DNA of 64,000 bases from an uncultured Candidatus Rokubacteria bacterium (GCA_963805625.1 CAWDVE010000010.1:1536001-1600000); one strand, 5' to 3'; counted from the first letter of the stretch, positions 38,840-49,227 are shown. Numbers and translations: made by a program. Notes: a model not told the origin generated them from the sequence alone.

Positions 38840-38966
38840 AGCGGGGCCCGCTTCCGAGGGCGAGCATCCGGTGGGCTAGAGACACGCCGGTTAGCTTTGC
38901 GTTGGGGGTGAGTCCAGCGAATCGGGCCTGGGGCCGCAGATGCGAGCCCCGGAAGCGAGCCCTGCT
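38840..38966. repeat. Long imperfect inverted repeat (possible structured RNA or repeat element)
   Basis: AGCGGGGCCCGCTTCCG pairs with CGGAAGCGAGCCCTGCT; inner GCATC/GATGC also pair. Confidence 0.5.
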
Positions 38967-38983
38967 ATTCTGCGGGCGGCGTG

Positions 38984-40891
38984 TCAACGGAGGGCCTCGA
39001 GCACCTCGGCGACGACCTCGAAGCGGCCGAAGGATGGCATGAGATAGGCACCGGCGTACCGCCCGCGCACCGCTCCAAGGATGGCCTGGGCCGTCTCGAC
39101 CCCGACCCGGAGCGCATGGTCACCTGCATCGCGAAGCCGTGCCCGGACGGCGTCCGGCACCGTGATCCCCGGTACCTCGTTGTGCAGGAACTCGGCGTGG
39201 CGGAACGAGTGGAGCGGCAGGATGCCGACGACCAAGGGCACCGGGACGCGGCCTAGCCGCGCGAGGAACGCCTCGAGCTGCTCGAGGTCGTAGACCGGCT
39301 GCGTCTGGGCCCACATGGCGCCGGCGGCCACCTTGGCGTGGAGCCTGTCGATCTCCCGGGCCGGGTCGGCCGCGCCGGGGTCCACCGCGACCCCGATACC
39401 GAAGGCGGTGGGCTCGCCGATCGAGTTGCCCGCCGCGTCCACGCCTCGGTTCATGCCCGCGACGATCCGCACGAGGCCGATCGCGTCGACGTCGAAGACG
39501 GCCGTGGCGTTGACATAGTCGCCGGCGCGCGGAGGATCCCCGGTCATCGCGAGGATGTTCCGGACCCCGAGCGCGTGGGCGCCGAGGAGGTCACCCTGGA
39601 TGCCCATGAGGTTCCGATCGCGGCAAGTGAAGTGCATGCTGATGTCCAGGCCCGTCGCCTCGCGAACGAGGAGCGCGGTGGGCAAGACCGCCATCCGGAC
39701 GCGCCCGAGCGAGCCGTCGTTGATGTCGACGACATCGACACCCCGCTCGGCGAGGAGCTTCGCTCCCTGAACAAGCTTCTCGATGTTGTGGCCCCGCGGA
39801 GGATCGAGCTCCACCGTGACCAGGAACTCGCGGGCGTGGAGCCGCGAGAGGAGCCGCGAGGGCTCCGCGGCCACGCCGAGCGCCGGGGCATCATCCCGCT
39901 CCAGGGCGACGGGCGCGGACACCGACACGGCGCCCCGCGATGCGCCCGTTCCGCGCGCGTGGCGGTCCACGACCTCGCGCATCGCGCGGATGTGGGCCGG
40001 GGTGGTGCCGCAGCAGCCGCCGACGATCCGCGCCCCGGCGTCGAGCATGCGGGAGGCGTAGTCGGCCATGTACGCCGGCGACGAGAGGTAGATGAGCCGC
40101 TCGCCGTGCCGGCTCGGGAGTCCGGCGTTCGGCCTGATCGACACCCAGGCCTCGGGCGCCGCCTCGTGAAGGAGGACCCCCACGTCGTAGAGGACGCTCG
40201 AGCCCACGCCACAGTTGGCCCCGATGACCTGGACCGGCAGCGAGGCCAGTTCGCGAGCCACCTCGGCCGGGGCCTGGCCCCGAAACGTGACACGCTCGTC
40301 GTTGAACGCCATCTGGGCCACCAGAGGGAGATCGGCCGAGACGGCGCGGATGGCCGCCACGGCGAGCCGGAGCTCGCGAACGTCCGAGAAGGTCTCGGCG
40401 ACGAATCCATCCACCCCGCCCTCGAGCAACGCCTCCGCCTGCTCGCGGAAGGCGGCGACCGCCTCCGCCTCACCGAGCGTTCCCAGCGGAAGCAGGTACT
40501 TGCCGAGCGGCCCGATGGAGCCGAGGACGAGCACATCCCGGCCCATCGTCTCGCGGACGTCGCGCGCGAGCCTCGCGCCCGCCCGGTTGATGTCTCGGAC
40601 CCGCCCCTCGAGCCCGTGCATGGCGAGCTTGAAGCGGTTGGCGCCGAACGTGTTTGTCTCGAGCACGTCGGCGCCCGCGGCCACGTACTCCCGGTGGATC
40701 GACTGGACGGTCTTCGGGTCGTGGAGGTTCAGGACGTCGAAGCACGCATCGAGCGGGACGCCGCGGGCGTACAGCATCGTGCCCATGGCGCCGTCGGCGA
40801 GGAGCGGCCCTTCCTGGAGCCGCCGGCCGAGCGCCCCGGAACCCGTCTCGCTAGACATGGCCCCTCGGCTCGGGGCTCGCGGGCTAGACAT
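38984..40891 (-). CDS. yitJ: Bifunctional homocysteine S-methyltransferase / methylenetetrahydrofolate reductase (YitJ-type)
   Basis: DGAMGT, TNTFGAN, GANC, PNAGLP, GGCCGT; then ELDPP, HFTCRDRN, TGDPP, QTQPVYD. Confidence 0.92.
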   Translation of the reverse strand: MSSPRAPSRGAMSSETGSGALGRRLQEGPLLADGAMGTMLYARGVPLDACFDVLNLHDPKTVQSIHREYVAAGADVLETNTFGANRFKLAMHGLEGRVRDINRAGARLARDVRETMGRDVLVLGSIGPLGKYLLPLGTLGEAEAVAAFREQAEALLEGGVDGFVAETFSDVRELRLAVAAIRAVSADLPLVAQMAFNDERVTFRGQAPAEVARELASLPVQVIGANCGVGSSVLYDVGVLLHEAAPEAWVSIRPNAGLPSRHGERLIYLSSPAYMADYASRMLDAGARIVGGCCGTTPAHIRAMREVVDRHARGTGASRGAVSVSAPVALERDDAPALGVAAEPSRLLSRLHAREFLVTVELDPPRGHNIEKLVQGAKLLAERGVDVVDINDGSLGRVRMAVLPTALLVREATGLDISMHFTCRDRNLMGIQGDLLGAHALGVRNILAMTGDPPRAGDYVNATAVFDVDAIGLVRIVAGMNRGVDAAGNSIGEPTAFGIGVAVDPGAADPAREIDRLHAKVAAGAMWAQTQPVYDLEQLEAFLARLGRVPVPLVVGILPLHSFRHAEFLHNEVPGITVPDAVRARLRDAGDHALRVGVETAQAILGAVRGRYAGAYLMPSFGRFEVVAEVLEALR

Positions 40892-41534
40892 CCCCCTCCC
40901 GGCGCTCGCCGACGCCGGCGGGCAAGACCTGGGGTGCGCCGCCCGCCGCCGGAGCTTCCGCCGGGCGGGCGTTCCGCTCCCGCTCGCGGAGGTGGCGCAC
41001 GATCCGGCCGACCACCGCGTCGACGGTCATGCGGGTGGTGTCGAGCGCCAGGTGGGCACGACGGTAGAACTCCTGTCGGGTCCGGTAGAGCGCTGTCGCG
41101 TCCTCGACCGAGCGGCCCGCGAGCATCGGCCGTCCGCCGACCCGGTTGGCCCGGGCGTAGGCCGCATCGAAGTCGGCAGCGAGCCACACGACAGTACCCA
41201 GCTGCAGCAGCCGGTCCATGACTCCCGGCTCGCAGGGAAATCCGCCTCCCGTCGCGACCACGTGGCCGCGCTTGTCGGTCAGCGCTTCCAGGACCTCCGC
41301 CTCGAGCTGCCGGAAGTAGAGCTCGCCACGGTCCGCGAAGATCTCGGGAATGGAGCGGCCCTCGCGGGCGGTGATCATCGCATCGGTCTCCACGAAGCAA
41401 CGGCCGAGGCGCCGGGCGAGCATGCGGCCGACGGTGGACTTCCCGGCTCCCATAAAGCCCACGAGGATGACGTTTCGCGGCATCGCCGGCATGGCTGGTA
41501 CGGCCGTGGTCGGCGTGTCTCCCATGGCTGCCAT
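40884..41534 (-). CDS. aroK: Shikimate kinase
   Basis: LVGFMGAGKSTVG, GE.YFR..E, ATGGG, RPML; start uncertain. Confidence 0.92.
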   Translation of the reverse strand: MAAMGDTPTTAVPAMPAMPRNVILVGFMGAGKSTVGRMLARRLGRCFVETDAMITAREGRSIPEIFADRGELYFRQLEAEVLEALTDKRGHVVATGGGFPCEPGVMDRLLQLGTVVWLAADFDAAYARANRVGGRPMLAGRSVEDATALYRTRQEFYRRAHLALDTTRMTVDAVVGRIVRHLRERERNARPAEAPAAGGAPQVLPAGVGERREGDV

Positions 41535-41550
41535 GGCAGGATGATAGCAC

Positions 41551-41640
41551 CGCGTTGCAGGGTCAGACTTTGACTTCCCGACACTTGCGCGCCGAGAGGA
41601 CCCCCGAAACCGCAGTGGAAGCAGAGTCCGACCCAACGCG
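41551..41640. repeat. Second copy of the GGGTCAGACTTTGACTTCCCGACA REP-like unit with a degenerate inverted partner
   Basis: 41560-41583 matches the units at 8522-8638; GGAAGCAGAGTCCGACCC at 41617-41634. Confidence 0.75.
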
Positions 41641-41860
41641 TGCTAAGATCGCGCCACGAAAGAGAAGGGTCCGCTCACCGTCAAACCCAAGACGCGTGCG
41701 AGAAGACCGCTCCGACGCCTCGTGCGACCGGCCCTGGTCTGCCTTGTAGGTGCGAAGGACGGGGTCGGCGCGAATCTCCTCGACGTTGCCCCGGAAGAAG
41801 TCTCGCAGGAGGGACATCACGGGCGACTCACCGGGGCCGGAGCATCGCTCCGGCGCGACA

Positions 41861-42751
41861 TCACGCCCCGCGGAGGCGGGGGTCGAGGGCGTCGCGAAGG
41901 CCGTCGCCGAGCAGGTTGAAGCCGAGGACCGCCAGCATGATGGCGAGCCCGGGGATCGTCGTGATGTGAGGCGTGATGAGGAGGAAATCACGCCCCGTCG
42001 CCACCATGAGCCCCCAGGACGGCGTGGGCGGCTGGACACCCAGCCCCAGGAACGACAGCGCCGCCTCGACCAGGATCGCGTTCGCCATGAAGAGCGTGCC
42101 GTACACGATCACGGTCGGCAGGATGTTCGGCAGGATGTGGCGGGTGACCAGCGCCGGCCCCGCCGCGCCGAGGGCGCGGGCCGCCCGCACGTACTCCGTC
42201 TCCGCGAGGGCGAGAACGGCGCCGCGGACGATCCGGGTGACGGGCGGCGTGCCCCAGATGCCGACCGCGATCGTCGTGTTGAGCGCCCCGGGCCCGAGCG
42301 CCGACACGACGGCGATCGCGAGCAGCAGGTAGGGAAACGCCAGCAGCACCTCGACGCCCCGCATGATGCCGCCGTCCACCCAACCCCCGAGGAAGCCAGC
42401 CAGGCTGCCGAGGACGAGCCCGAGACCCAGCGCGATCCCCACCGACACCAGGCCCACCACGAGAGCCACCCGGGCTCCGTAGATGACGCGGGAGAGGATG
42501 TCTCGCCCGAACTCGTCCGCCCCGAGGATGTACTTCCCGCCCGGCCGGGCGCGCTTCTCGAAGAGGCTCTGCTTCGCGGGGTCCTGAGGCGCCAGCCAGG
42601 GCGCCAGCACAGCCGCCGTCACGATCACCGCGACGATGAGAAGGCCGATCACCGCCAGGCGGTTCCGCCGGAACCGGCGCCAGGCGTCGCCGACGAGCGT
42701 GTCGGTCCGCTCGGCGACCGGCGCCAGCGTCTCGACGGCCACCCCGCTCAC
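41861..42751 (-). CDS. ABC transporter permease (DppC-like)
   Basis: LGADEFGRDILSR, EAALSFLGLG..PP.PSWG, GDGLRDALDPR. Confidence 0.93.
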   Translation of the reverse strand: MSGVAVETLAPVAERTDTLVGDAWRRFRRNRLAVIGLLIVAVIVTAAVLAPWLAPQDPAKQSLFEKRARPGGKYILGADEFGRDILSRVIYGARVALVVGLVSVGIALGLGLVLGSLAGFLGGWVDGGIMRGVEVLLAFPYLLLAIAVVSALGPGALNTTIAVGIWGTPPVTRIVRGAVLALAETEYVRAARALGAAGPALVTRHILPNILPTVIVYGTLFMANAILVEAALSFLGLGVQPPTPSWGLMVATGRDFLLITPHITTIPGLAIMLAVLGFNLLGDGLRDALDPRLRGA

Positions 42752-42899
42752 GAGGCCAGCCCCGGCGACCCGAACCAGAGTCGGTCGCGACGCGCGGCGG
42801 GCGACGTCGGCCGGGCCCGCCGCCAAGAATCCGAGAGAACCGAGACGCAGCAGCGCGTATGCCTCGTTCGGGGCCACGGCGACGAGCGCTGCAGGCAGG

Positions 42900-43685
42900 T
42901 CATCCGAGCATCCAGTGGCCGCCGTCGACGCTGATCGTCTGGCCGGTGACGTACCGGGCGTCGTCGGAGGCGAAGAACAGCACGGCGCGGGCGATATCCT
43001 CCGGCTCACCGAGCCGCCGGAGCGCGATCGAGTCGAGGAGCCGCCGCTGACCGGCCTCGCCCATGGCCTGCCACTGGCGCTCCGACGCCGGGTTCGAGCG
43101 GACGAAGCCCGGCGCCACGCAGTTGACGCGGATCCCGAACGCGCCGAGCTCACGCGCCGTCTGGCGCGTGAACCCGATCAGCCCCGCCTTGGCGCTCGCA
43201 TAGGCCTGGATCCCCGTGAGGCTGTAGGAGCGGCCCGCGCCCGACGAGATGTTCACGATGCTGCCGCGCCCGCGCGTCTTCATGGCGGGAACGGCCGCCC
43301 GCGTGAAGTGGAACGCGCCGTCCAGGTTCACCGCGAAGATCGCGCGCCAGGCCTCCTCGGAGACTTCCTCAACCGGCTTCATGGTCTGGCCGACGACCCC
43401 GCCGGCGCAGTTCACCAGGACGTCCAGCCGCTTCTCCGTGGCGACGAGCTCGTCGACGAACGCGGAGACGCGACGAGGATCGGTCACGTCCACGACGGCC
43501 ACGCGGCACGGCCCCTCGGCGCGCTCGCCCACCGCCCGGCGGGTCTCGCCCAGCTCGCGCTCGAGCACGTCGCACGCCCAGACCGACGCGCCCTCGCGCC
43601 CCAGCTCCACGGCGATGGCGCGCCCGATGCCGTGAGCCGCGCCGGTCACGATCGCCACCTCGCCGAGCAGCCGCCGCTCTCCCAT
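42900..43685 (-). CDS. Short-chain dehydrogenase/reductase
   Basis: TGAAHGIG, NCAG, NISS, YASAK. Confidence 0.93.
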   Translation of the reverse strand: MGERRLLGEVAIVTGAAHGIGRAIAVELGREGASVWACDVLERELGETRRAVGERAEGPCRVAVVDVTDPRRVSAFVDELVATEKRLDVLVNCAGGVVGQTMKPVEEVSEEAWRAIFAVNLDGAFHFTRAAVPAMKTRGRGSIVNISSGAGRSYSLTGIQAYASAKAGLIGFTRQTARELGAFGIRVNCVAPGFVRSNPASERQWQAMGEAGQRRLLDSIALRRLGEPEDIARAVLFFASDDARYVTGQTISVDGGHWMLG

Positions 43686-43689
43686 GTCC

Positions 43690-44613
43690 CTACCCCTGCC
43701 GCGACACGCGCGGATCGAGCACACCGTACGAGAGGTCCACGACCAGGTTGATCACGACGAACACCACGGCGAAGATCAGCACCGCGCCCTGGAGCAGGAT
43801 GTAGTCGCGGGCGAAGATCGCCTTGACCATGAGCCGGCCGAGGCCGGGCCAGGCGAAGACCGTCTCCGTCAGGACGGCGCCGCCCATCAGCTGGCCCGCC
43901 TGGAGGCCGACGAGCGTGAGGATCGGGATCGCCGCGTTCCGGAGGGCGTGCTTGGCCACCACGAGCCGCTCGCGCACGCCCTTCGCCCGGGCCGTCCGGA
44001 CGTAGTCCTCGCGGAGGACCTCGAGCACGCTCGACCGCGTCATGCGCGCGATCATCGCGATGGACGGAAGCGCGAGGGTCACGGCCGGCAGGACGAGGTG
44101 CGCGAGCGAGCCGACGCCGCCTACCGGCAGCAGGGGCAGCCAGAACGCGAAGACGACGATCATGACCAGGCCCGTCCAGAACACCGGCATCGACAGCCCG
44201 AACAGCGAGGAGAGCCGCGACAGGGCGTCGAAGAGCGAGTTGGGCCAGACCGCCGAGACGATCCCGGTCGCGACGCCGACCACGGACGCCAGTATCAGCG
44301 CCGCCGCCGTGAGCTGGAGCGTCGCCGGCCAGGCGTCTGCGAGCTCGTCCACCACCGGCCGGTTCTGCTGGATCGACCGGCCCAGGTCTCCCGTGGCGAC
44401 CTGGCCCAGATACCGCAGGTAGCGCACGATCAGCGGCCGGTCGAGGCCCAGGTGCTCGCGGAACCGGGCGATGTTCTCCTTCGTGCCCGCGTCGCCCAGC
44501 ATCAGCGCGACCGGGTCGCCCGGGATCAGATCCATGGTCAGCATAACGACGAACAGCACCCCCAGCAGAACCGGGATGGTCAGCAGGAGGCGCCGGACCG
44601 CGAAGATCAGCAT
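43690..44613 (-). CDS. ABC transporter permease (DppB-like)
   Basis: PGDP, DYVRTARAKG, ETVFAWPGLG. Confidence 0.93.
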   Translation of the reverse strand: MLIFAVRRLLLTIPVLLGVLFVVMLTMDLIPGDPVALMLGDAGTKENIARFREHLGLDRPLIVRYLRYLGQVATGDLGRSIQQNRPVVDELADAWPATLQLTAAALILASVVGVATGIVSAVWPNSLFDALSRLSSLFGLSMPVFWTGLVMIVVFAFWLPLLPVGGVGSLAHLVLPAVTLALPSIAMIARMTRSSVLEVLREDYVRTARAKGVRERLVVAKHALRNAAIPILTLVGLQAGQLMGGAVLTETVFAWPGLGRLMVKAIFARDYILLQGAVLIFAVVFVVINLVVDLSYGVLDPRVSRQG

Positions 44614-44688
44614 CGTTCAGGGCGGAAACGGGCGCGATCGCGGGGCCTGTCGCCACACGCGGTCGCGCCCGTTCCGTCTCGTACGTGG

Positions 44689-46287
44689 CTACTTGTCGAG
44701 CCAGGTCTTCCAGAGGCCGAGGTTGTACTCGACCGGGTGGACGACGAAACCCTTCACGTTCGCCCGGGTGAGGACGATCTCCTTGGTGTTGTAGACCGGA
44801 ACCCAGAGCGTGTCTTTGGCCAGGATGTCCTGGACCTCGCCGTAGAGTCTCTCCCGCTCCGTCTGGTTCAGGCTCCGACGGGCCGCCTCCAGCAGCTGGT
44901 CCACCTTCGGGTTCGCGTAGCCGCACCGGTTCCACCCGGTGGGAACCGCCTGTGAAGAGTGATACTGGGCAAAGAGGGAGTAGTCGGCATCGGCGTTGGT
45001 CGTGGCCCAGCCGAAGGTCCAATTATGCCGCCCCCACTCCGGCTTGCGATATTCGTTGAAGACCGTCGCCCACTCGCGGAACTCGACCTTGGCGTCGACT
45101 CCGACCTCCTTCCACATCTGCTGAATGGCCTCGGTGATCTCCCCATCCTTCGGGTAGCGGCCGCGCTGCGCCAGCCAGTTGAGCGTGAGCTTCTGTCCGC
45201 CCTTCTGGAGAATGCCGTCCGGCCCCGGGGTCCAGCCCGCCTGGGCAAGGAGCGCCTTGGCCTTGGCCCGATCGAACGGGAACAGCTGGTCGAACTGCAT
45301 GTCCTTGTAGCCGAAGACGCCGGGCGAGAGGACGGACTTCGGGGCGACGCCCAGACCCTCGACGATGTTGTCGATGATCGCCTTCCGGTCGACGGCCTGG
45401 AGGAGCGCTTGGCGCACCCGGACGTCGTCGAGAGGCGGCAAGCCCGCGTTCAGGCCGATGTACACGACCCGGAGGCCGGGCGTCTCGTGCACGGTGTACT
45501 TGGCGTCCTTCCGGAACGTCGGAAGCTGCGCCGGCGACGGGAACATGACCATGTCCGCGTCGCCGGTCTGGAGCGCGATCATCCGCGCCCCCTCCTCCGG
45601 CACCACCTTGAAGATGACGCGATCGAGGAGCGCCTTTTCCCCCCAGTAGTCGGGGTTCCGCTCGATGATGACGTGCGTGTTCGTCTTCCACTCAACGAAC
45701 TTGAACGGCCCGGTGCCCACGGGGGCGCGCAGGAAGCCCTCACCGAGCTTCTGGACGGCCGTCGGCGAGACGATGGACACGTACAGCATCGACATCGTGC
45801 GGAGGATCGGGCCGTAGGGCTCCTTGGTCACGATGTCAACGGTCAGGTCGTCGACGACCTCGGCTCCCGCAATCGGTCCGGCGAGGCTCGCCCAGCGCGC
45901 GGGCGGGGTGCTCTTGAACGCCCGGTCGAAGGTGAACTTGACGGCGGCCGCGTTGAAGGGTGTGCCGTCGTGGAACTTGACGCCCGGCCGCAGCTTGAAG
46001 CGCACCTTCGTCGGGGACATGACCTCGTAGCTGGTGGCCAGCCGCGGCTGGATCGTCATCTTCTCGTCGAGGTAGATGAGCGGCTCCAGGATGTTGTAGT
46101 AGACCCACGCGCCGGGGGCCGTGGTCTCGGTGTGGGGGTCGAGCGACACCGGGTCGGTCGGCCGGACGATCGTGAGCGTCCCGCCGCGCTTCTGCGCCTG
46201 AGCCGACCCAGCGAGGGCGATCAGCCCCACCGCGAGAACGACCGCCAGGACGGCCCGCCCGAGCGGCAGCCTCCTCCATCTACGCAT
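44689..46287 (-). CDS. ABC transporter substrate-binding protein, family 5 (GsiB/DppA-like)
   Basis: SLDP, LRPGVKFHDGT, PVGTGPF, VRQAL..AVD. Confidence 0.92.
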   Translation of the reverse strand: MRRWRRLPLGRAVLAVVLAVGLIALAGSAQAQKRGGTLTIVRPTDPVSLDPHTETTAPGAWVYYNILEPLIYLDEKMTIQPRLATSYEVMSPTKVRFKLRPGVKFHDGTPFNAAAVKFTFDRAFKSTPPARWASLAGPIAGAEVVDDLTVDIVTKEPYGPILRTMSMLYVSIVSPTAVQKLGEGFLRAPVGTGPFKFVEWKTNTHVIIERNPDYWGEKALLDRVIFKVVPEEGARMIALQTGDADMVMFPSPAQLPTFRKDAKYTVHETPGLRVVYIGLNAGLPPLDDVRVRQALLQAVDRKAIIDNIVEGLGVAPKSVLSPGVFGYKDMQFDQLFPFDRAKAKALLAQAGWTPGPDGILQKGGQKLTLNWLAQRGRYPKDGEITEAIQQMWKEVGVDAKVEFREWATVFNEYRKPEWGRHNWTFGWATTNADADYSLFAQYHSSQAVPTGWNRCGYANPKVDQLLEAARRSLNQTERERLYGEVQDILAKDTLWVPVYNTKEIVLTRANVKGFVVHPVEYNLGLWKTWLDK

Positions 46288-46363
46288 CGGTCTGTCTCCT
46301 CTTCTTCACGGCCGGCGCGCCTCGCGCCTTGCGGCGCTCGGGACGCGGCGGCCTCGGGTCTGG

Positions 46364-48115
46364 CTACGGGCCGAAGGCATCGATCACCCCGGCCGCCTCC
46401 TCGAGGGCGTGCACTACCCGGTTGCGCTCCCGGACGAGCGCGGCGGCAGCGAACCGGAACTCGTCGGACGACGGATCCAGGCCGGACAGCTCGCGGGCCC
46501 GCTGGAGTCCCGCGAGCGGCGGCACCGGGATCGCGAGGTCGTGGTGGAATCGGTCGCCGGTCGTGTAGAAGAGCGGGATCAGGACCCGCGACAGCGCGCC
46601 CATGGCGCGGTTGGCGGCCTCCACGCGGGCCGGATCGGCGTGCCCGCCGGCAGCGATGGCATCGACCGCCCCCGCGAACGCGCCGGTCCGCTCGGCGAAA
46701 TGCCGGGCGGCCCCGAGAGCCGGCACGGCATCCCACCGACCGCCGGCGGAGCCGAGCTCCTCCACGGTCGCCACGATGGCACGCGCGAAGCGCGTGTAGT
46801 CCAGCGGGAGGAGCGGCCCGCCGACGAGGCGCAGCGCCGCTGCCACGTACACGCGCGTATCCAGCGCGAGGACGTCGGCGTCGATCTTGTCGATCGTGTC
46901 CTCCCGCGTGTGCCACCACCAGGGAAAGCCCGCCGTGCCGAAGAGGCGCTCCATCCACCGGGAGAGGTCGGTGTCCTGGCGGGGAATCCCGGACAGCGAC
47001 ATCAGGGCCGACGGGATCCCGATCCCCCAGAACGACTGGTCGCCCGCGCGCGGGAAGCGCCGGGCCCGCGGGGTCTGGCCGGTGACGTCGTGCACCACCC
47101 CCTCCACGAAGCTCTGCGCGTCCTCCGTCGCGTGAACGACCGAGTAGTCGGTGGCGCCGCGGGCGCCTGTCGAGTCGATGTTCAGGTGCACCGCGCACCG
47201 CCGCTGGAGCTCCAGCCACGCGTGATCCGCGTACCACGTGGAGCCGGCGTAGCGCCCGTGGGAGTGACCCGACCAGAAGGCGAGCCGGAGCCCTCGCCGC
47301 AGGGCGCTCCGCCGCGTCGCCAGGAGCCGCGCCACCTCGAGCATCGTCGCGTTCGCGGTCCCGTTGTCCATGGCGCCGAAGTGCCAGCCGTCCACGTGCC
47401 CGGAGAAGAGGACGAAGCGGTCCTCGGCGGTCCCGTCGAGGTGCGCCGTCAGGTGCGGGATCGGCGACCAGCCCGTGCGCACCCGGGTCATGAGGCGTAC
47501 GCGGCCTCGGCCCTCCTGGATCAGCTTGCGAATGCGCTCACCATCGGTCCGGCGGACCGACAGGCACGGGGTGCGCGGGATGCGCCAGGCAGTGTCGGGC
47601 TCGGGCGTCCCCCAGATGGTGGTCACGATCATGTTGTGGAGGTGGTCGCGGTTGACGAAGATCTGCCCGACCGTCCCCGCCTCCTGCGCGGCCCACGCCT
47701 TGCCCGGTGTCGCCAGGCTGTCCAGGAGAGCGATCTTGCCCGCCGCGCGCCCGAAGTCCGCCGGGGTCCCGTCCCCAACGTCGACCACCTCGGCGTCGAG
47801 GCCGTCGGTCGAGGGCGAGAACGCGTGAGTGAGCCCCTCGATCACCGCACCGTCCGGAAGGACCACGCGGCCCTCCAGTGGCAGGCTGATGAAGGCCTCG
47901 ATCTCGCGGCGCTCGACGGCGTAGCCGTAGCTCTTGAGCGCCCGCTCAATGTGGTCATAGGCCTGCGCCTCGCCCGGAGTCCCGGACTCTCGCTCCCACG
48001 CGGCGATCGCGCGCGTGTGCGCCATCAAGGTCTCCGCCGACACGGCCGGCAGCAGGTCCGACTCGTGCGGGTTCCGGTAGCGCCAGTAGGGGGTCAGGCT
48101 CTGATCTCTAGACAC
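46364..48115 (-). CDS. M28 family metallopeptidase with PA-like insert
   Basis: SGHVDGW..GAMDN, WSGHSHG, WWWHT.ED. Confidence 0.85.
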   Translation of the reverse strand: MSRDQSLTPYWRYRNPHESDLLPAVSAETLMAHTRAIAAWERESGTPGEAQAYDHIERALKSYGYAVERREIEAFISLPLEGRVVLPDGAVIEGLTHAFSPSTDGLDAEVVDVGDGTPADFGRAAGKIALLDSLATPGKAWAAQEAGTVGQIFVNRDHLHNMIVTTIWGTPEPDTAWRIPRTPCLSVRRTDGERIRKLIQEGRGRVRLMTRVRTGWSPIPHLTAHLDGTAEDRFVLFSGHVDGWHFGAMDNGTANATMLEVARLLATRRSALRRGLRLAFWSGHSHGRYAGSTWYADHAWLELQRRCAVHLNIDSTGARGATDYSVVHATEDAQSFVEGVVHDVTGQTPRARRFPRAGDQSFWGIGIPSALMSLSGIPRQDTDLSRWMERLFGTAGFPWWWHTREDTIDKIDADVLALDTRVYVAAALRLVGGPLLPLDYTRFARAIVATVEELGSAGGRWDAVPALGAARHFAERTGAFAGAVDAIAAGGHADPARVEAANRAMGALSRVLIPLFYTTGDRFHHDLAIPVPPLAGLQRARELSGLDPSSDEFRFAAAALVRERNRVVHALEEAAGVIDAFGP

Positions 48116-48152
48116 GCAGCTCGCCTCCGCGTTCCGGGCAGTCTCTCGAACG

Positions 48153-49172
48153 TCACGACCTGACCCCGACCAGCTCGTCGAGGTTCTCCCACGCCATCGT
48201 CCGCCGCCCGGTCTCGATCTCCCCGATCAGCGCCAGCAGCCGGTGGGTCCGCGGGATCCGGAGGCCGTGGCGTTCGGCTCGTTCGAGTGTCGCGCCCAGG
48301 TGCGCCTCGACCTCCGTCTTCCGCTTCCGGACGACGAGGTCTCGCCAGATGCCCGTCTTGGTCTTCGTGTGACCCCGGTAGAACTTGGAGATGGCGGCCA
48401 TCGCGCGCGCGACGGCCCCCGTGTCTCCCGCATGGCCCGCGCGGTACCACGCGGGGTCGAACTCGTCGAAGGCCTCGAGGTGAACGGCCTCGGCCTCGGC
48501 GACCGCCATGCCCTCGGCCACCAGCGCGACCAGCATTCGCTGGATCTCGGGAGAGCGCTCGACGACCTCGTAGACGTGCGCGTCGACCAGCGCGGTAGCC
48601 ACCAGAAGCGCGCTGTAGACGTGCTTCGCCCACTTCAGGCCCCAGATGTTCGAGGTGACCTGGGTCGGCGTGACCGCGCCGAGCATGTCCGCCAGCTCCT
48701 TGGCACGCGGCGAGAGCTCCCCGTCCAGCTCCCCCACCGCGAACGTCCCCACGCCGCCGTGCTGGATCCGCCCCGGCGCTACCCAGTCCGCCGCCCAGTT
48801 GACGAGGCAGCCGACGGTCCGCGCCTCCCCCACCCGCGCCGCGATGGCAGACTCGTTCAGCCCGTTCTGCAGGGACACGACCGTCCCGCGCGCGTGGAGC
48901 CGGGGCACGATGCGGTCGAGTGCGGCTCCGGTGTGCTGCGCCTTGACGGCGAGCAGCACCAGATCGAGGCTCGCCGGCAAGGCGTCGGGGGTGACGGCCC
49001 GGACCGGCGCGGTCCAGACCCCGTCCGGCGTCACGATCGCGAGGCCGCCCTGGTTCATGGCCGCGACGTGGTCGGCCGCCTGGTCGACCAGCAGCACGTC
49101 GTGGCCGGCCCGCGTCAGCGACGCCCCCGTGACGCCTCCAATCGCGCCCGCCCCGACGATCGTGACAGCCAT
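48153..49172 (-). CDS. Ketopantoate reductase (PanE/ApbA) family protein
   Basis: GAGAIGG, AVKA, SLQNG, W.K, RKTEV. Confidence 0.88.
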   Translation of the reverse strand: MAVTIVGAGAIGGVTGASLTRAGHDVLLVDQAADHVAAMNQGGLAIVTPDGVWTAPVRAVTPDALPASLDLVLLAVKAQHTGAALDRIVPRLHARGTVVSLQNGLNESAIAARVGEARTVGCLVNWAADWVAPGRIQHGGVGTFAVGELDGELSPRAKELADMLGAVTPTQVTSNIWGLKWAKHVYSALLVATALVDAHVYEVVERSPEIQRMLVALVAEGMAVAEAEAVHLEAFDEFDPAWYRAGHAGDTGAVARAMAAISKFYRGHTKTKTGIWRDLVVRKRKTEVEAHLGATLERAERHGLRIPRTHRLLALIGEIETGRRTMAWENLDELVGVRS

Positions 49173-49227
49173 GCGCCCCTCTCTATCACAGGGCCCAGGG
49201 AGCGTCAACGCGACGGGCCCGTCGGCA

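Noticed and set aside
41640-41820. Short minus-strand frame MSLLRDFFRGNVEEIRADPVLRTY
   Set aside because: Could be a gene remnant, but I recognise no family and it runs into the REP-like repeat
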